From positions 138,549 through 202,548 of the forward strand of contig CAYHXX010000001.1 in assembly GCA_964360785.1 (NCBI GenBank): a stretch of 64,000 nucleotides of DNA, in the 5' to 3' direction. The DNA is from an uncultured Gammaproteobacteria bacterium. GTDB lineage: Bacteria; Patescibacteriota; Microgenomatia; Woykebacterales; RBG-16-39-9b. Under the pieces are notes generated by a model. The model was given only the letters and a program-made list of their open reading frames with translations. It searched no databases and had not been told where the DNA came from. The translations under genes were made by a program, and so were the position numbers. Below are positions 9,421-19,227 of this stretch, piece after piece; positions within the stretch are counted from its first letter, which is position 1, and each line of letters starts with the position of its first letter.

Positions 9421-10464
9421 CTAATCTTCCCAGTGACCGCTAGTTAGTCTATTTCTTAACCTACGCAATTTTTCCGTATTTCGATAAAGCAAATATTTTG
9501 GTGACAAAGGCAAATCTTGAGCTCGAAGATAGGTAAATTTGTGACCGCCAAAACCCCGTTTGAACAAACTAAACCCATACCAAGGGTGTCCAGGATAAAA
9601 ATTCTTGTCTTTGACTACTCCCCAAAAGTTATAGTATTTCATTCCCCTTCTTTTAGCTTCGCGAATTGCTTCCCATTGCAGGCTGTAACCGACTGATTGA
9701 CCCTCCACCGCAACTGAAGCGCCGTGCAGATAGCTTGCCATTTCGCCATAAAAGCTGATCAATGCCATTGACTGGATGCTGCCAGCTTTCACGGCTTTGA
9801 AAAGGCGCATTTCGTTGTCTTTCGAGAGGATTTCAAACTGTTTTAGATAGTATTCCTTTGGGTGATTGACGAAATTTTTTCGGGCAGAAGTCGCAAACAA
9901 CATTTCCACAAATTTCTCTGCGTCGCTGTATTGGTCACTGATTTCGACAGTTACTCCTTGCTTCGCCTCATTGCGGACTAAATAGCGGGTAGTCTTGCGC
10001 ATATCCGCAAGTAATTCCTCTTCGGATTTGCTTAGGTCAACCAACCATGCGTCCTCAACTTGGGTAAAGGTCACTGCGCGTTGAAAACCTAAATCGCTAA
10101 ATAGTTTCTGGTTTTCCGTAGTCTCCTCTAGCGAAGGCTCAATCTTGATAAAAATACTGTTGTTTTCTTGGGCCACTACGAGTAAATGTGAAGTAAGAGC
10201 TTGCAACAACTCAGAAGTAAAGTTTTTGACAACCGGACCACGAGGGATATAAAGGTAGTTTCCCAACCTGGTTGGTTGGACTAGAACGAGTGCAATCCCC
10301 ACAAGGTCCTCGCCACTGTAAATACCCAAGCGAATTATTTTTTTACCAATTTGTTGGTTGAACTCCCCCCAATTGTAGCTTTGGAGAAAGTTGTTTGGGG
10401 AAGTTGAAAGCGAAAAAACTTCCCAAACCATTTTGTCGCTTATTTCACGTATCTGAAAGCTCAT
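9421..10464 (-). CDS. FemABX-family lipid II:aminoacyl-tRNA peptidyltransferase
   Basis: FLQSYNWGEF, YIPRGPV, FIKIEP, MRKTTRYLVR, LQWEAIREAK..YNFWG, FKRGFGG; probable ATG at 10464. Confidence 0.9.
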   Translation of the reverse strand: MSFQIREISDKMVWEVFSLSTSPNNFLQSYNWGEFNQQIGKKIIRLGIYSGEDLVGIALVLVQPTRLGNYLYIPRGPVVKNFTSELLQALTSHLLVVAQENNSIFIKIEPSLEETTENQKLFSDLGFQRAVTFTQVEDAWLVDLSKSEEELLADMRKTTRYLVRNEAKQGVTVEISDQYSDAEKFVEMLFATSARKNFVNHPKEYYLKQFEILSKDNEMRLFKAVKAGSIQSMALISFYGEMASYLHGASVAVEGQSVGYSLQWEAIREAKRRGMKYYNFWGVVKDKNFYPGHPWYGFSLFKRGFGGHKFTYLRAQDLPLSPKYLLYRNTEKLRRLRNRLTSGHWED

Positions 10465-10505
10465 TGCTAAAATTGTTTCATGTTTGGGGAAAAGAGTAAA
10501 GGATT

Positions 10506-10707
10506 TGGATCCGGGGCTAGGACATGGAGTTTTCGCGTTGCGAAAAGCGAACCTATATCTGGCTGCGGGACAGGGATTCGAACCCCGATAAGCAGATCCA
10601 GATTCTGCTGTCCTACCGTTAGACGATCCCGCAACAAAAAATAACTGTCCTGTCCGCCAGCTGGCGGATTGGATGCTAAAAGCATCTGCCCGCTAGACGA
10701 TCCCGGA
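10506..10707 (-). pseudogene. Ghost tRNA-Gln shell enclosing intact tRNA-Gln(CTG)
   Basis: 5' TCCGGGATCGTCTAGCGG[insert]CAGGACAG ... 3' TAGGTTCG[insert]TCCTAG-CCCCGGA-TCCA; outer acceptor arms pair 6 of 7. Confidence 0.8.
10560..10633 (-). tRNA. tRNA-Gln(CTG)
   Basis: TGCGGGA...GCAGA-ATCTGGA-TCTGC...GGTTCGAATCC...TCCCGCA-GCCA. Confidence 0.93.
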
Positions 10708-10754
10708 ATGTTCTGGCATTTTAGCAAATCTGGCTTGGATTCTCAATTACAAAC

Positions 10755-10784
10755 AAAAAGACCGCCTTGCAGCGGTCTTTTTTT
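10755..10784 (-). terminator. Bidirectional-type terminator after pilin gene
   Basis: AAAAAGACCGC-CTTGCA-GCGGTCTTTTTTT. Confidence 0.85.
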
Positions 10785-10799
10785 GAATTCGTTTTTAGT

Positions 10800-11264
10800 T
10801 TATCTTGTTGCTTCAATACCTAATCCTTCACCTCCCGCAACCGCAACTTTGATTCGATTACCTGGAAGTCTGGTGATCCGATACTTTGTGTCGTAGGCCG
10901 CTGCACAAGAGCTGAAACTTCCGCCAGTATCAAATGGGAGAGAAGCTATGTAGGTTGGCACAATATCGCTACAAATAACCGCCTCTACATTGCCAACGCT
11001 ATCGTCTGTTTTTATATCAGCAACTTGACTCTCAGGTATTGTACCTAAGTTTCCCGGTAGGTTTCCTTCTTTAACGTAAAACTGATTAACGGCGTTGAGA
11101 ATTTGCAAAACGTCATTTTTTCGCTTTACATTACGGGCGTCCTTGGAATTTTCTGTTGGGTTGATTGCTACTAAGACAATGGTAGCGAGAATGGTCAATA
11201 AGGCAATGACGACGATTACTTCGATTAATGTAAACCCTGATTGAGTTTTAATTTTGGACAGCAT
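10800..11264 (-). CDS. Type IV pilin / pseudopilin
   Basis: Class III signal GFTLIEVIVVIALL; ARNVKRKNDV; C-terminal Cys pair. Confidence 0.9.
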   Translation of the reverse strand: MLSKIKTQSGFTLIEVIVVIALLTILATIVLVAINPTENSKDARNVKRKNDVLQILNAVNQFYVKEGNLPGNLGTIPESQVADIKTDDSVGNVEAVICSDIVPTYIASLPFDTGGSFSSCAAAYDTKYRITRLPGNRIKVAVAGGEGLGIEATR

Positions 11265-11266
11265 AA

Positions 11267-12718
11267 TTACTTTCTCCCGACTATAATAATAATATCGAAT
11301 TGATCATTTTCTTTTAAAAGATCGCCTCTAATTACAGAATATCGCTCTGAAAGAGTACTTGTCAAGTCTGTTAGTATCGCCTCTTTACTTGCCTTATACT
11401 GAAGCACCGTTTGTTCGTAATTGGTTGTTGGGGCGTTACCGACAGCAGGTACATTGTAACCTCTGGAAACGAGAAAAACTTTGGTTTGGTTGGCAAGTCC
11501 TTTAGTACCAGTACCGTTGAGAACCTCAATCGTGTAGTCTTGTTTATTTATAATCGGGACAGGTGGTTGAGACTTTGGTTCTTCCACAGGTTCTTCTACG
11601 ATTTTAGCCGAAGGTGTACTTGCAGGTTTTTCCGCTTTTTGATCTACAGGGGTCTTTATCTCATTATCTTGCTTTTTTGAAAATAAATTTTCGCGAATAA
11701 AGCCAACTGCGAATATAAGTAAGATTATTCCTAAAAGTACAGCCACAACTTTTACAAAGGAATGAAGATTAAGCGGCTCTCTATTTTTTTTGTGGGCCTC
11801 TACAATACTTCCTGTAAATTTCTTACCCGTGAAATTCAATTCGTTATAAGTGCCAATACTTAAAAATAAGTTTTTATAATAGTTGATTAAATCACTGGTT
11901 TCTTCAGCCTTAAACCGAGGCAACAAGTCAACTACCTCAACGTTAAGTTTTTCTTCAGCAAGATAAATTTTTACTATTTGCGCTTCACTACCGACAACAA
12001 AAACATTGTGTAAAGAAATTTGTTCTTTGTTGTGGTTGGTAAACGCCACTTTAACCAAATTCTTAAAAGTTTTTACAATTAATTCCTTGGAACTTTCAAG
12101 CGTCGTGGTCAACTTAAGGGAAGCTGAAAAAACAATGGTTTGATTGATTACTTGTGCAAATTGCAAACTCTGGTCCTCGATTAAAACAAAGAGATAGGAT
12201 TCAGCTTCTTTAGCAAGCATATTTAGACAAGCTAATGGAATTGGTGACATACTCACAAGTTCAAAACCACTATTTTCGAAAATTGAGACAAAATCTCGAA
12301 GCAGTAAAAATTTGGTGCTGACAATCTGCGTGCTGTTTTTAACTCTTTGTAGGTACTTTACACATGCCTCCTGTAAAGAAAAGGGTAGGTTTATGGTTAG
12401 AAACTTAGAAATTGTTTCCTGTTTCCCTACGATACTATCGGAAAGATCAAGTTTGTGAAAAAAAACTTCTTGTTCGTTGATTCCAAAAATAATTTTTCTA
12501 GTTTTCAGGTTAGATTTATTTCTAAGCAAGAAACCGCGTACTTCTTCCTTAAAACGAACGAGATCAGCGATTTTTTCGTCAAAGACTACCCCCTCGGGGA
12601 GAGTTTTTTGATCTGTAAAAATAACTTTCGGTTTTTTAAAAGCCAGATCAATTACGACTGCTTTGAGGGCAAGATCTGAAAACGTTAAAAAGATAAACTT
12701 TTTGCTTGAAAGCAACAT
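11267..12718 (-). CDS. PilM-like N-terminus + TM + LytR C-terminal-type domain protein
   Basis: LPEGVVFDEKIAD PilM-like start; C-terminal IEVLNGTGTKGLA...DIIIIVG; located in pilus cluster. Confidence 0.6.
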   Translation of the reverse strand: MLLSSKKFIFLTFSDLALKAVVIDLAFKKPKVIFTDQKTLPEGVVFDEKIADLVRFKEEVRGFLLRNKSNLKTRKIIFGINEQEVFFHKLDLSDSIVGKQETISKFLTINLPFSLQEACVKYLQRVKNSTQIVSTKFLLLRDFVSIFENSGFELVSMSPIPLACLNMLAKEAESYLFVLIEDQSLQFAQVINQTIVFSASLKLTTTLESSKELIVKTFKNLVKVAFTNHNKEQISLHNVFVVGSEAQIVKIYLAEEKLNVEVVDLLPRFKAEETSDLINYYKNLFLSIGTYNELNFTGKKFTGSIVEAHKKNREPLNLHSFVKVVAVLLGIILLIFAVGFIRENLFSKKQDNEIKTPVDQKAEKPASTPSAKIVEEPVEEPKSQPPVPIINKQDYTIEVLNGTGTKGLANQTKVFLVSRGYNVPAVGNAPTTNYEQTVLQYKASKEAILTDLTSTLSERYSVIRGDLLKENDQFDIIIIVGRK

Positions 12719-12738
12719 AAATTAAATTGTACCATCCT

Positions 12739-13128
12739 TCACGGGAGCTCTTTCCAACAACAATAAGTGACTTTTGAATTTGCAATTGTGGCTTGAACCT
12801 GTATCTTTTTAACAATAGTATCGTTTGTACTTGTAATCGATACCGTACAGAGTGACCCAACTAGATTGTAGGAAACTTTTACTGTCGAGGTATCGATTGT
12901 TAAAGTGTCTTCGGGATTTCCACAGCTATTTGGTGCACGAACCAGTCTTAGTAAAGCGTATTCTGCGCCGGATTCTGCTCCGTAATAAGCTGACTGGGAG
13001 GTTTCAGTCAAAAAGTTGTTCTTTGCTAAAGTAACCGCCGTAAGAGTGACTCCTGTGAGAATCGTGATCGACAGAGCGATTGCGAAAATTAAAATAATTA
13101 AAGCTTGTCCGGACTCATTCTTTCTCAT
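12739..13128 (-). CDS. PilX-like minor pilin
   Basis: SGQALIILIF; AYYGAESGAEYALLRL. Confidence 0.8.
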   Translation of the reverse strand: MRKNESGQALIILIFAIALSITILTGVTLTAVTLAKNNFLTETSQSAYYGAESGAEYALLRLVRAPNSCGNPEDTLTIDTSTVKVSYNLVGSLCTVSITSTNDTIVKKIQVQATIANSKVTYCCWKELP

Positions 13129-13640
13129 CTTGTCGTCACCACAATTTCGTAATTTTTGGTTTGGTTTCCTTGTTGGGTGGCTTTTACGTCAGTCAAAGCA
13201 AAATTAATCTTAACTGACAATTTCCCGCCGACAGATCCTAAAGCTTGAAAAGAAAGATTACTAACATTGGTCAGGTCTGTATTCAGATTGGCTGAAGTTG
13301 TCGTTACCCCAACTGTTTTTTGATAAAGTAAGTTACTTCCCGATAGACTAAAGGTATGAGTTTCTGAACCACTTGTCAGAGTCAGGCTAGTTGTAGCTGG
13401 GCCAGCGAGTACAGGAGTTGTAATCGTATCTGAGTTGCGAATCTCGTAATTTAATCGAGAGGTTATAAATCCAGCGTCAATAAGCAAACCCGACTGACTC
13501 TCCGACTCTGTTTTTAAAGATCCGCTAGTAATCAAAAGATCAACCACGACAAAAATAATTATCGAAAAAAGTGCAATGTAAAGAATTACTTCTATTAGAC
13601 TTGTTCCTCTCTGTGAGTGCTTTTTAATAAATTTATTCAT
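13125..13640 (-). CDS. Minor pilin (PilW/PulJ-like)
   Basis: RGTSLIEVILYIALF prepilin motif. Confidence 0.8.
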   Translation of the reverse strand: MNKFIKKHSQRGTSLIEVILYIALFSIIIFVVVDLLITSGSLKTESESQSGLLIDAGFITSRLNYEIRNSDTITTPVLAGPATTSLTLTSGSETHTFSLSGSNLLYQKTVGVTTTSANLNTDLTNVSNLSFQALGSVGGKLSVKINFALTDVKATQQGNQTKNYEIVVTTR

Positions 13641-15586
13641 GGCGAATAGTTAATATTGACATCGCTTAAAGTTGGAGTTAACTGACCATCACTAGTAAAA
13701 AAGGCTTTGTAGCGCAAGTACCTTCCACTTATCCTGTTTAAAGGGATTGGCCCTGGAGCCGTAAAAAAAGACCCTAAAATACCATCCGCTCCGAAATAAT
13801 CCCATGGCCCACTGGAATTATTGCTTGTAGCAACCTGAAGTGCGAGAGTAGTATTTGCGGTTTTAAGTTCTGTCCAGGTAATATTATTGAAAGCAGCATT
13901 GTCAACTCCGGTATCAAAACTTGTTAATAATGAGTGGGATGTAAAGTCGCCGGAAGTAGAATAAGTAGAGCTAGCTTGAGTTGTAAAATAAAAGCCTGCG
14001 ATATCCATATTGGAGTTTGTATCTGTCCAAGTTGAGCCCGAATTACCACTTGCGGTATAAACAGAATTTATTCCGTCATAAGTAATGGAGTCGTACTCTG
14101 GTAACTTTGTACCAGTAATTCTATAAATATGATAATAGTTTGTAAGGTTGGAAAGCGGTGATTTCAAGAAAATCCTATAAGTGTGCCCATCCGTCAACAC
14201 TTGCGACGTCAAAAAAGTATATTTTTTATAAGTAAAAGTCGTATCGACTGTATTACGTGTAGCTAAAGTAACCCCTTCAACCATTTTTATTATGTTGTTG
14301 GTAGTAACATCCCACAGATCCAGGTATAAATCATCCAACGGTACTGTATTACTGTTCCTGGCAACAAAAAAAGAAATTTCAGTGACAATTTTGTCACCCC
14401 CGCTAACAGTAAATTTCTCGCCGATCCTAGAACTACTTGAAATTCTCGAAAGTGTGAAATTAATAAATGGATTACCCTCATAGGTTGAATCAGAATAATC
14501 CAGTTCGTAAATAGGCTGTTGATTCAGAACTAACCAAGGAGCGGCGGCACCGGCTTTGAATAAAGTATTGGAATTGAGATCAATCGCCTGTGTTTTTGGT
14601 ATTAAATAATTAAGTGGGGTTGTACTGCCAACATTAATATATCTATTCGAAGCCGGTGTTCCGAAGGGCTCAACAACCAAATGATAAACTGTTCCAACCG
14701 TAACATTAACTGGAGTCCCTAAAGGTACTGTATTCCAACCAATAGAGTTAGTGGGAAAGATTCTGGCTCCCAAAAATACACCTGAAGGTAATCCAGCCGA
14801 ATCAGATTGCAAACTGTAGCGGTATGATCTACTATTTTGTGACTCTCTTAAATAAACCCGGACTGCAATAACGGGTTTTGTTGCTTGGGCAGTAAACTTT
14901 ATTGAGGTTTTGTGACCGAGTGTTGTCATTCGCCCAACCGACGATTGCGCTAGAACCTGAAACTTGTTGCCATAATCAACACCTGCAGTGGGATTTGATG
15001 AAAGTTCAACTGCACCTGCAACACCGCTTCCCCCGGAAGTAACAACCGTATTTGTCCTTGCACCTGAGTTAAAGTCTGCTTGGTTAGTTTGTGTCCAAAC
15101 AGTGTTATTGAAATTTCTGGTCAAATATAGGCTCGAACTGATCGACTGGTTTCCAAGAAAAGACCAACTGACCGTGGCAGTAATTTTTTTAGTCGCAGGA
15201 TCAGTGATCGAACCAGGAAAAGAACAATCGACAGGTAACGATGTTGCCTGCAAGCGACAAACATTGGCAACAGTAAATCCGTGGGTAAGATTGTTTTCAA
15301 ATATCGTACCGGGTTTAACTTCCCAAATGTTTAAGTTTTGCTCGACGTGATAAGTTCCGGTTGTAGAAAAGCTACTCCAGCTAGTTTCTTTAATTGAACG
15401 CAGAGCCTCGACCTCCTTTTGAAGCAATAATTTAGCCTTCGTACTAGTACTTGTACGGTTAAGAGCTTCTCGGACTGAAATAATTCCCAGTACAAAAGTA
15501 GTCAAGAAGAAACTCGCGATTGAGATTGCTAGAATTAACTCGATTAGGGCTTGTCCATGGTTATCAGCAACCACCGTTTTGCGCAT
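13637..15586 (-). CDS. Large minor pilin (PilV-like) with beta-rich C-terminal domains, possible tip adhesin
   Basis: GQALIELILAISI; DPATKKITATVSW; C-terminal GRYLRYKAFF..TPTLSDVNINY. Confidence 0.75.
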   Translation of the reverse strand: MRKTVVADNHGQALIELILAISIASFFLTTFVLGIISVREALNRTSTSTKAKLLLQKEVEALRSIKETSWSSFSTTGTYHVEQNLNIWEVKPGTIFENNLTHGFTVANVCRLQATSLPVDCSFPGSITDPATKKITATVSWSFLGNQSISSSLYLTRNFNNTVWTQTNQADFNSGARTNTVVTSGGSGVAGAVELSSNPTAGVDYGNKFQVLAQSSVGRMTTLGHKTSIKFTAQATKPVIAVRVYLRESQNSRSYRYSLQSDSAGLPSGVFLGARIFPTNSIGWNTVPLGTPVNVTVGTVYHLVVEPFGTPASNRYINVGSTTPLNYLIPKTQAIDLNSNTLFKAGAAAPWLVLNQQPIYELDYSDSTYEGNPFINFTLSRISSSSRIGEKFTVSGGDKIVTEISFFVARNSNTVPLDDLYLDLWDVTTNNIIKMVEGVTLATRNTVDTTFTYKKYTFLTSQVLTDGHTYRIFLKSPLSNLTNYYHIYRITGTKLPEYDSITYDGINSVYTASGNSGSTWTDTNSNMDIAGFYFTTQASSTYSTSGDFTSHSLLTSFDTGVDNAAFNNITWTELKTANTTLALQVATSNNSSGPWDYFGADGILGSFFTAPGPIPLNRISGRYLRYKAFFTSDGQLTPTLSDVNINYSP

Positions 15587-16085
15587 TTATAACTCCAAGA
15601 AAATTAGTAGTAAGTAGAATTCGATTATTTAGGGTATCTGCTAGACAAAGGTTATTTTTTGTTTGATCGAAATTTTGCACCTCTCCGGCAAGCTTTGAAA
15701 AAACAATATTGTTACAGTCGTTGGGACTAGAAGGACAAGGTAAATTCGGGTTAATTGAAAGTCCAGTGGGGACAGCCACTGAAAAATTGTTTGTATCGGC
15801 TGGATTGAAAACCGTTCCTCTAAAGATAGTGTAACTATTTACACTAAAATGAACTCCAAACTCGCTAGCGGTTGGTTGTCCGAAAGTTTCTGAGTGCATG
15901 GCTTTGGTTTGAGCGTCTTTTAGGTTGGCTGTTATGTCCTTTGCCAAACTATTCACTTCTTCTCGAGCCAAGGGATTGAAAAGGTTAGGTGTCAATAAAG
16001 ACAAGATTACAACGAAAAATGATACTACCAAAAGAATTTCGATCAGAGAAAAACCATTTTCTGAATGGGCAGTAAGTTTTTCCAT
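15564..16085 (-). CDS. FimT/GspH-like pseudopilin
   Basis: NGFSLIEILLVV; LKDAQTKAM; start moved to MEKLTAH. Confidence 0.8.
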   Translation of the reverse strand: MEKLTAHSENGFSLIEILLVVSFFVVILSLLTPNLFNPLAREEVNSLAKDITANLKDAQTKAMHSETFGQPTASEFGVHFSVNSYTIFRGTVFNPADTNNFSVAVPTGLSINPNLPCPSSPNDCNNIVFSKLAGEVQNFDQTKNNLCLADTLNNRILLTTNFLGVINAQNGGC

Positions 16086-16086
16086 A

Positions 16087-17169
16087 CTACTGACGATTGA
16101 TTGAACCGATACCTTGATAGATAGGCAAAACAACGGAGACAAGCACCAGTGCAACCATAACTGCGATAAATATAATCAGTACGGGTTCAATAATTACAGT
16201 TAAATTTTTTATTATCTCGGTGAATTTGTGCTCATAAAATTCCGCAATGTCGGTTAAGGATTTATCTAGTTTTCCACTCTCCTCCCCAACACCAATAACA
16301 CGCCGCAGTAACGACGGGAAGCTTTTTGAAGATGTTTTCATACCTTTTGCTAATGACGACCCTTCAGTTAGCTGGATAATAACTCTTTCAAGCTCGCCAC
16401 GTAATTTTTCTGAAGCTACAACATTTTTCGAGATTTCTAAAGCATTGATAATCGGAACACCGGCACTCAAAAGCAACCCGGTGGTCTGGGCGAAACTCGA
16501 AAAATCCCTCAGCCGAATAAGATTGGAGATCCCAGGTAGGCTAAATAGAAAATTCAAAAAAACTTTTTTAATTCTACGGATTTTGAGAAGAAGGTATAAC
16601 AAAAAGACGAAAACGGCTATAACTACAATAAATGTTTCCTTATTGTCACCAAACCAAAGAGCCATTTTTAGGATTGTGGAGGAGTAAACTGGCAGATTTA
16701 ATCGCAAATCAAAAAAGACCTGAGCAACCTTTGGTAATGAATACCCAAAGACCAAAAAAGCGACCAAAAACAAAACAGTGATAATTATTGCGGGATAAAA
16801 AAGGGCTGATTTGATATCCCCTTTAGTTTCAATATTTTTCTTCAGGTTTTTCGCAGCACTTTGTAAGACAGAATCCAGCTTTCCACTAGCCTCACCAGAT
16901 TTGACAATACTTAGGAAAACCGGGTCGAAACTCTCAGGAAAACGTCCAAAGCTTTCAGAAAGTGACTTTCCGTTATTTATCTCCTCAGTGATTGTTTTGA
17001 CTACCTTTTTGGTTTTTATGCTGCTGGTATCTTCGTCAATTGAGCTCAGAGCTTCAGTTATCGGAATACCTGAGGCAAGCATAGTCGCAAGACTTTCGAG
17101 TACGAACAAATTCTCAGCATCTGTGAGTTTAATATTTTTTGCTTTAGAAAAAAAAGTTGGCAGTTTCAT
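16087..17169 (-). CDS. pilC: Type II secretion F / PilC platform protein
   Basis: LATMLASGIPI, GEASGKLD, SALFYP, GEESGKLD, IIEPVLI. Confidence 0.92.
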   Translation of the reverse strand: MKLPTFFSKAKNIKLTDAENLFVLESLATMLASGIPITEALSSIDEDTSSIKTKKVVKTITEEINNGKSLSESFGRFPESFDPVFLSIVKSGEASGKLDSVLQSAAKNLKKNIETKGDIKSALFYPAIIITVLFLVAFLVFGYSLPKVAQVFFDLRLNLPVYSSTILKMALWFGDNKETFIVVIAVFVFLLYLLLKIRRIKKVFLNFLFSLPGISNLIRLRDFSSFAQTTGLLLSAGVPIINALEISKNVVASEKLRGELERVIIQLTEGSSLAKGMKTSSKSFPSLLRRVIGVGEESGKLDKSLTDIAEFYEHKFTEIIKNLTVIIEPVLIIFIAVMVALVLVSVVLPIYQGIGSINRQ

Positions 17170-17172
17170 ACT

Positions 17173-18858
17173 TTATTCCCTAACCGCTCCGAAAATTTCC
17201 TCAACTGTTGTCTGACCAGCCTGCACTTTACCTAAACCATCAAGCAGCATTCGACTGAAACCTTCCTTTTTTGCCTCGGCCTCGATTTCATTTATTGGAG
17301 CTTTAGAATAAATTAGTTCTTTAATTTTTTCGTCAATTTTTAAGACCTCAAAAATCCCAATTCTGCCGTGGAAACCTTCGTTATTACAGACTTTGCACCC
17401 TTTGCCACGGTGTTGTTTTGCCGATCTCAGAAAACTCTCAGGAATTTCATCGCCAAATTCGGTTTTTAACAGTTTGAGCATATCCGGTTTGATATCCTCG
17501 ACCACCAAACAACTTTGGCAATTGCGCGAAACCAACCTCTGAGCGATAACCAAACTCAGACTTGATCCGATTAGATAAGGCTGGGCACCAAGATCGATCA
17601 ACCTTGGTATCGCTCCAATGGCGTCGTTTGTGTGTAAAGTCGAGAGTACCAAATGTCCGGTTAAAGCCGAGTGAATAGCAATTTCGGCTGTTTCTTGATC
17701 ACGAATCTCTCCGACAAGAATAATGTCTGGGTCATGACGTAAAATCGACCGCAAACCATTGGCAAAAGTTAACCCAGCTGCTGGATTAACTTGTGTTTGG
17801 TTGACCCGTGCCAAACCGTACTCGATTGGGTCTTCGATTGTACAAATATTGACCTCGGCAGTATTTAAAATTGTCATTATATTGTACAAAGTTGTTGTTT
17901 TCCCACTCCCGGTCGGTCCAGTCGAAAGAATCATGCCGTGAGGTTTGCTCAGCTCTTCTTCAATTTTCTGCAAATTGGAACCAGATAAACCTAAGCCCTC
18001 AAGGGTCTTGGGTCGAGCTGCAGACGAAAGTAAACGCAACACCGCATCTTCGCCATGATAGGTTGGTAGAATTGAGACTCGGACTGAGATCTCGTCTACC
18101 CGGTGTTTAAAACGAAAACGCCCGTCCTGAGGTATGCGATGTTCGTCGGTACGCAAATTTGCTAGTATTTTTATACGAGTTATCAAACCAGATTGAATTT
18201 TGTCAGGTAAATCAAGCACGTCTTTGAGTTTCCCATCCACCCGGAAACGTACTACAAGACGGTCTCCAACGTTCTCGATATGTATATCGGAAGCTTGTTC
18301 ACTGGCAGCATAATCAAGCAGAGCGTCTAAAATTTTGACGACCGGCAAATCTTGGGCACTGAGAATTACCATTTTTTCAGCTTGAGAAACATTTTCAGAA
18401 ATCGCCTTTTCAAAATCCAACTGGATATCCTTCCGATATTGGTCCAAGCCTTCATCCAAAACTGCGGGTAAGCTAAAATATGTTTCTACCAAAAAAGCGG
18501 TTTTCTTCTTAATGAATTCTATTGTTTCGATATCATCTGGGTTTTCCATTGCAAGAAACAGCGTCTTATCGTGTTTATCAAATATTAAGATTCTTTTTTC
18601 GCTAGCAAATTTTTCATCTATAAGATTTAGGATTTCATCGGGGATTATTTTGTTGCGCAAGTCAACATATGGGTACCCAAGAGTTTCAGCTAGAATTTGG
18701 CCCAAAAATTTCTCAACTAAAATTCCCCTTTCGATCAAGACATCAACCAAAGATCGGTTTTGATCGTGGGCAATTTTTTCCGCCTGCTTCAAGTCGTCAT
18801 TTGTGACAAAACCGGATTTAATAACGGAATCTTTTATCTCTTGATTTGATAATTTCAT
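17173..18858 (-). CDS. pilB: GspE/PilB assembly ATPase
   Basis: ASDIHIE, PQDGR, GPTGSGKTTT, TIEDPIEY, RHDPDIILVGEIRD, TGHLVLSTLHTN, CxxC..CxxC. Confidence 0.95.
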   Translation of the reverse strand: MKLSNQEIKDSVIKSGFVTNDDLKQAEKIAHDQNRSLVDVLIERGILVEKFLGQILAETLGYPYVDLRNKIIPDEILNLIDEKFASEKRILIFDKHDKTLFLAMENPDDIETIEFIKKKTAFLVETYFSLPAVLDEGLDQYRKDIQLDFEKAISENVSQAEKMVILSAQDLPVVKILDALLDYAASEQASDIHIENVGDRLVVRFRVDGKLKDVLDLPDKIQSGLITRIKILANLRTDEHRIPQDGRFRFKHRVDEISVRVSILPTYHGEDAVLRLLSSAARPKTLEGLGLSGSNLQKIEEELSKPHGMILSTGPTGSGKTTTLYNIMTILNTAEVNICTIEDPIEYGLARVNQTQVNPAAGLTFANGLRSILRHDPDIILVGEIRDQETAEIAIHSALTGHLVLSTLHTNDAIGAIPRLIDLGAQPYLIGSSLSLVIAQRLVSRNCQSCLVVEDIKPDMLKLLKTEFGDEIPESFLRSAKQHRGKGCKVCNNEGFHGRIGIFEVLKIDEKIKELIYSKAPINEIEAEAKKEGFSRMLLDGLGKVQAGQTTVEEIFGAVRE

Positions 18859-19227
18859 TTAATTTATGTATTTTCTGACTATTTCAACAATCTGCTCTGG
18901 TGTTACATTAGTTTTTACAACGGTTTCTTTTACTCCCAATTTCATCGCTTCATTAACTTCCTCTGATCCAGTATTGAGGTTGGTCAAAACAAGCACTGGT
19001 GTGTCTTTCAACTCCTCTTCCGCTCTAAGTTTACTCAAAAGCTCTACTCCCCCCATTTTTGGCATCATTAAATCCAAAATTATAAGATTTGGTTTCTGTT
19101 CTTTAATTTTGCTAAAGCCTTCTTCGCCGTTAAATGCAACTTCAAGATCAATCCCCTCACGGGCAAATTTCTTTTGGTACATTTTTACAAACAGTTCATC
19201 ATCCTCAACTAAAAAAACTTTACTCAT
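18859..19227 (-). CDS. Single-domain response regulator (CheY-like)
   Basis: MSKVFLVEDD, IILDLMMPKMGG, VLTN; start at ATG 19227 behind GGAGG. Confidence 0.9.
   Translation of the reverse strand: MSKVFLVEDDELFVKMYQKKFAREGIDLEVAFNGEEGFSKIKEQKPNLIILDLMMPKMGGVELLSKLRAEEELKDTPVLVLTNLNTGSEEVNEAMKLGVKETVVKTNVTPEQIVEIVRKYIN

Noticed and set aside
8692-10464. Dedicated non-proteinogenic tRNA-Gly for the Fem transferase
   Set aside because: tRNA-Gly(GCC) has canonical GG D-loop and GTTC T-loop; proximity alone is not evidence.
10467-10727. 86-aa ORF containing PPAGG
   Set aside because: It reads through tRNA-Gln and the palindromic repeat; not a credible protein.
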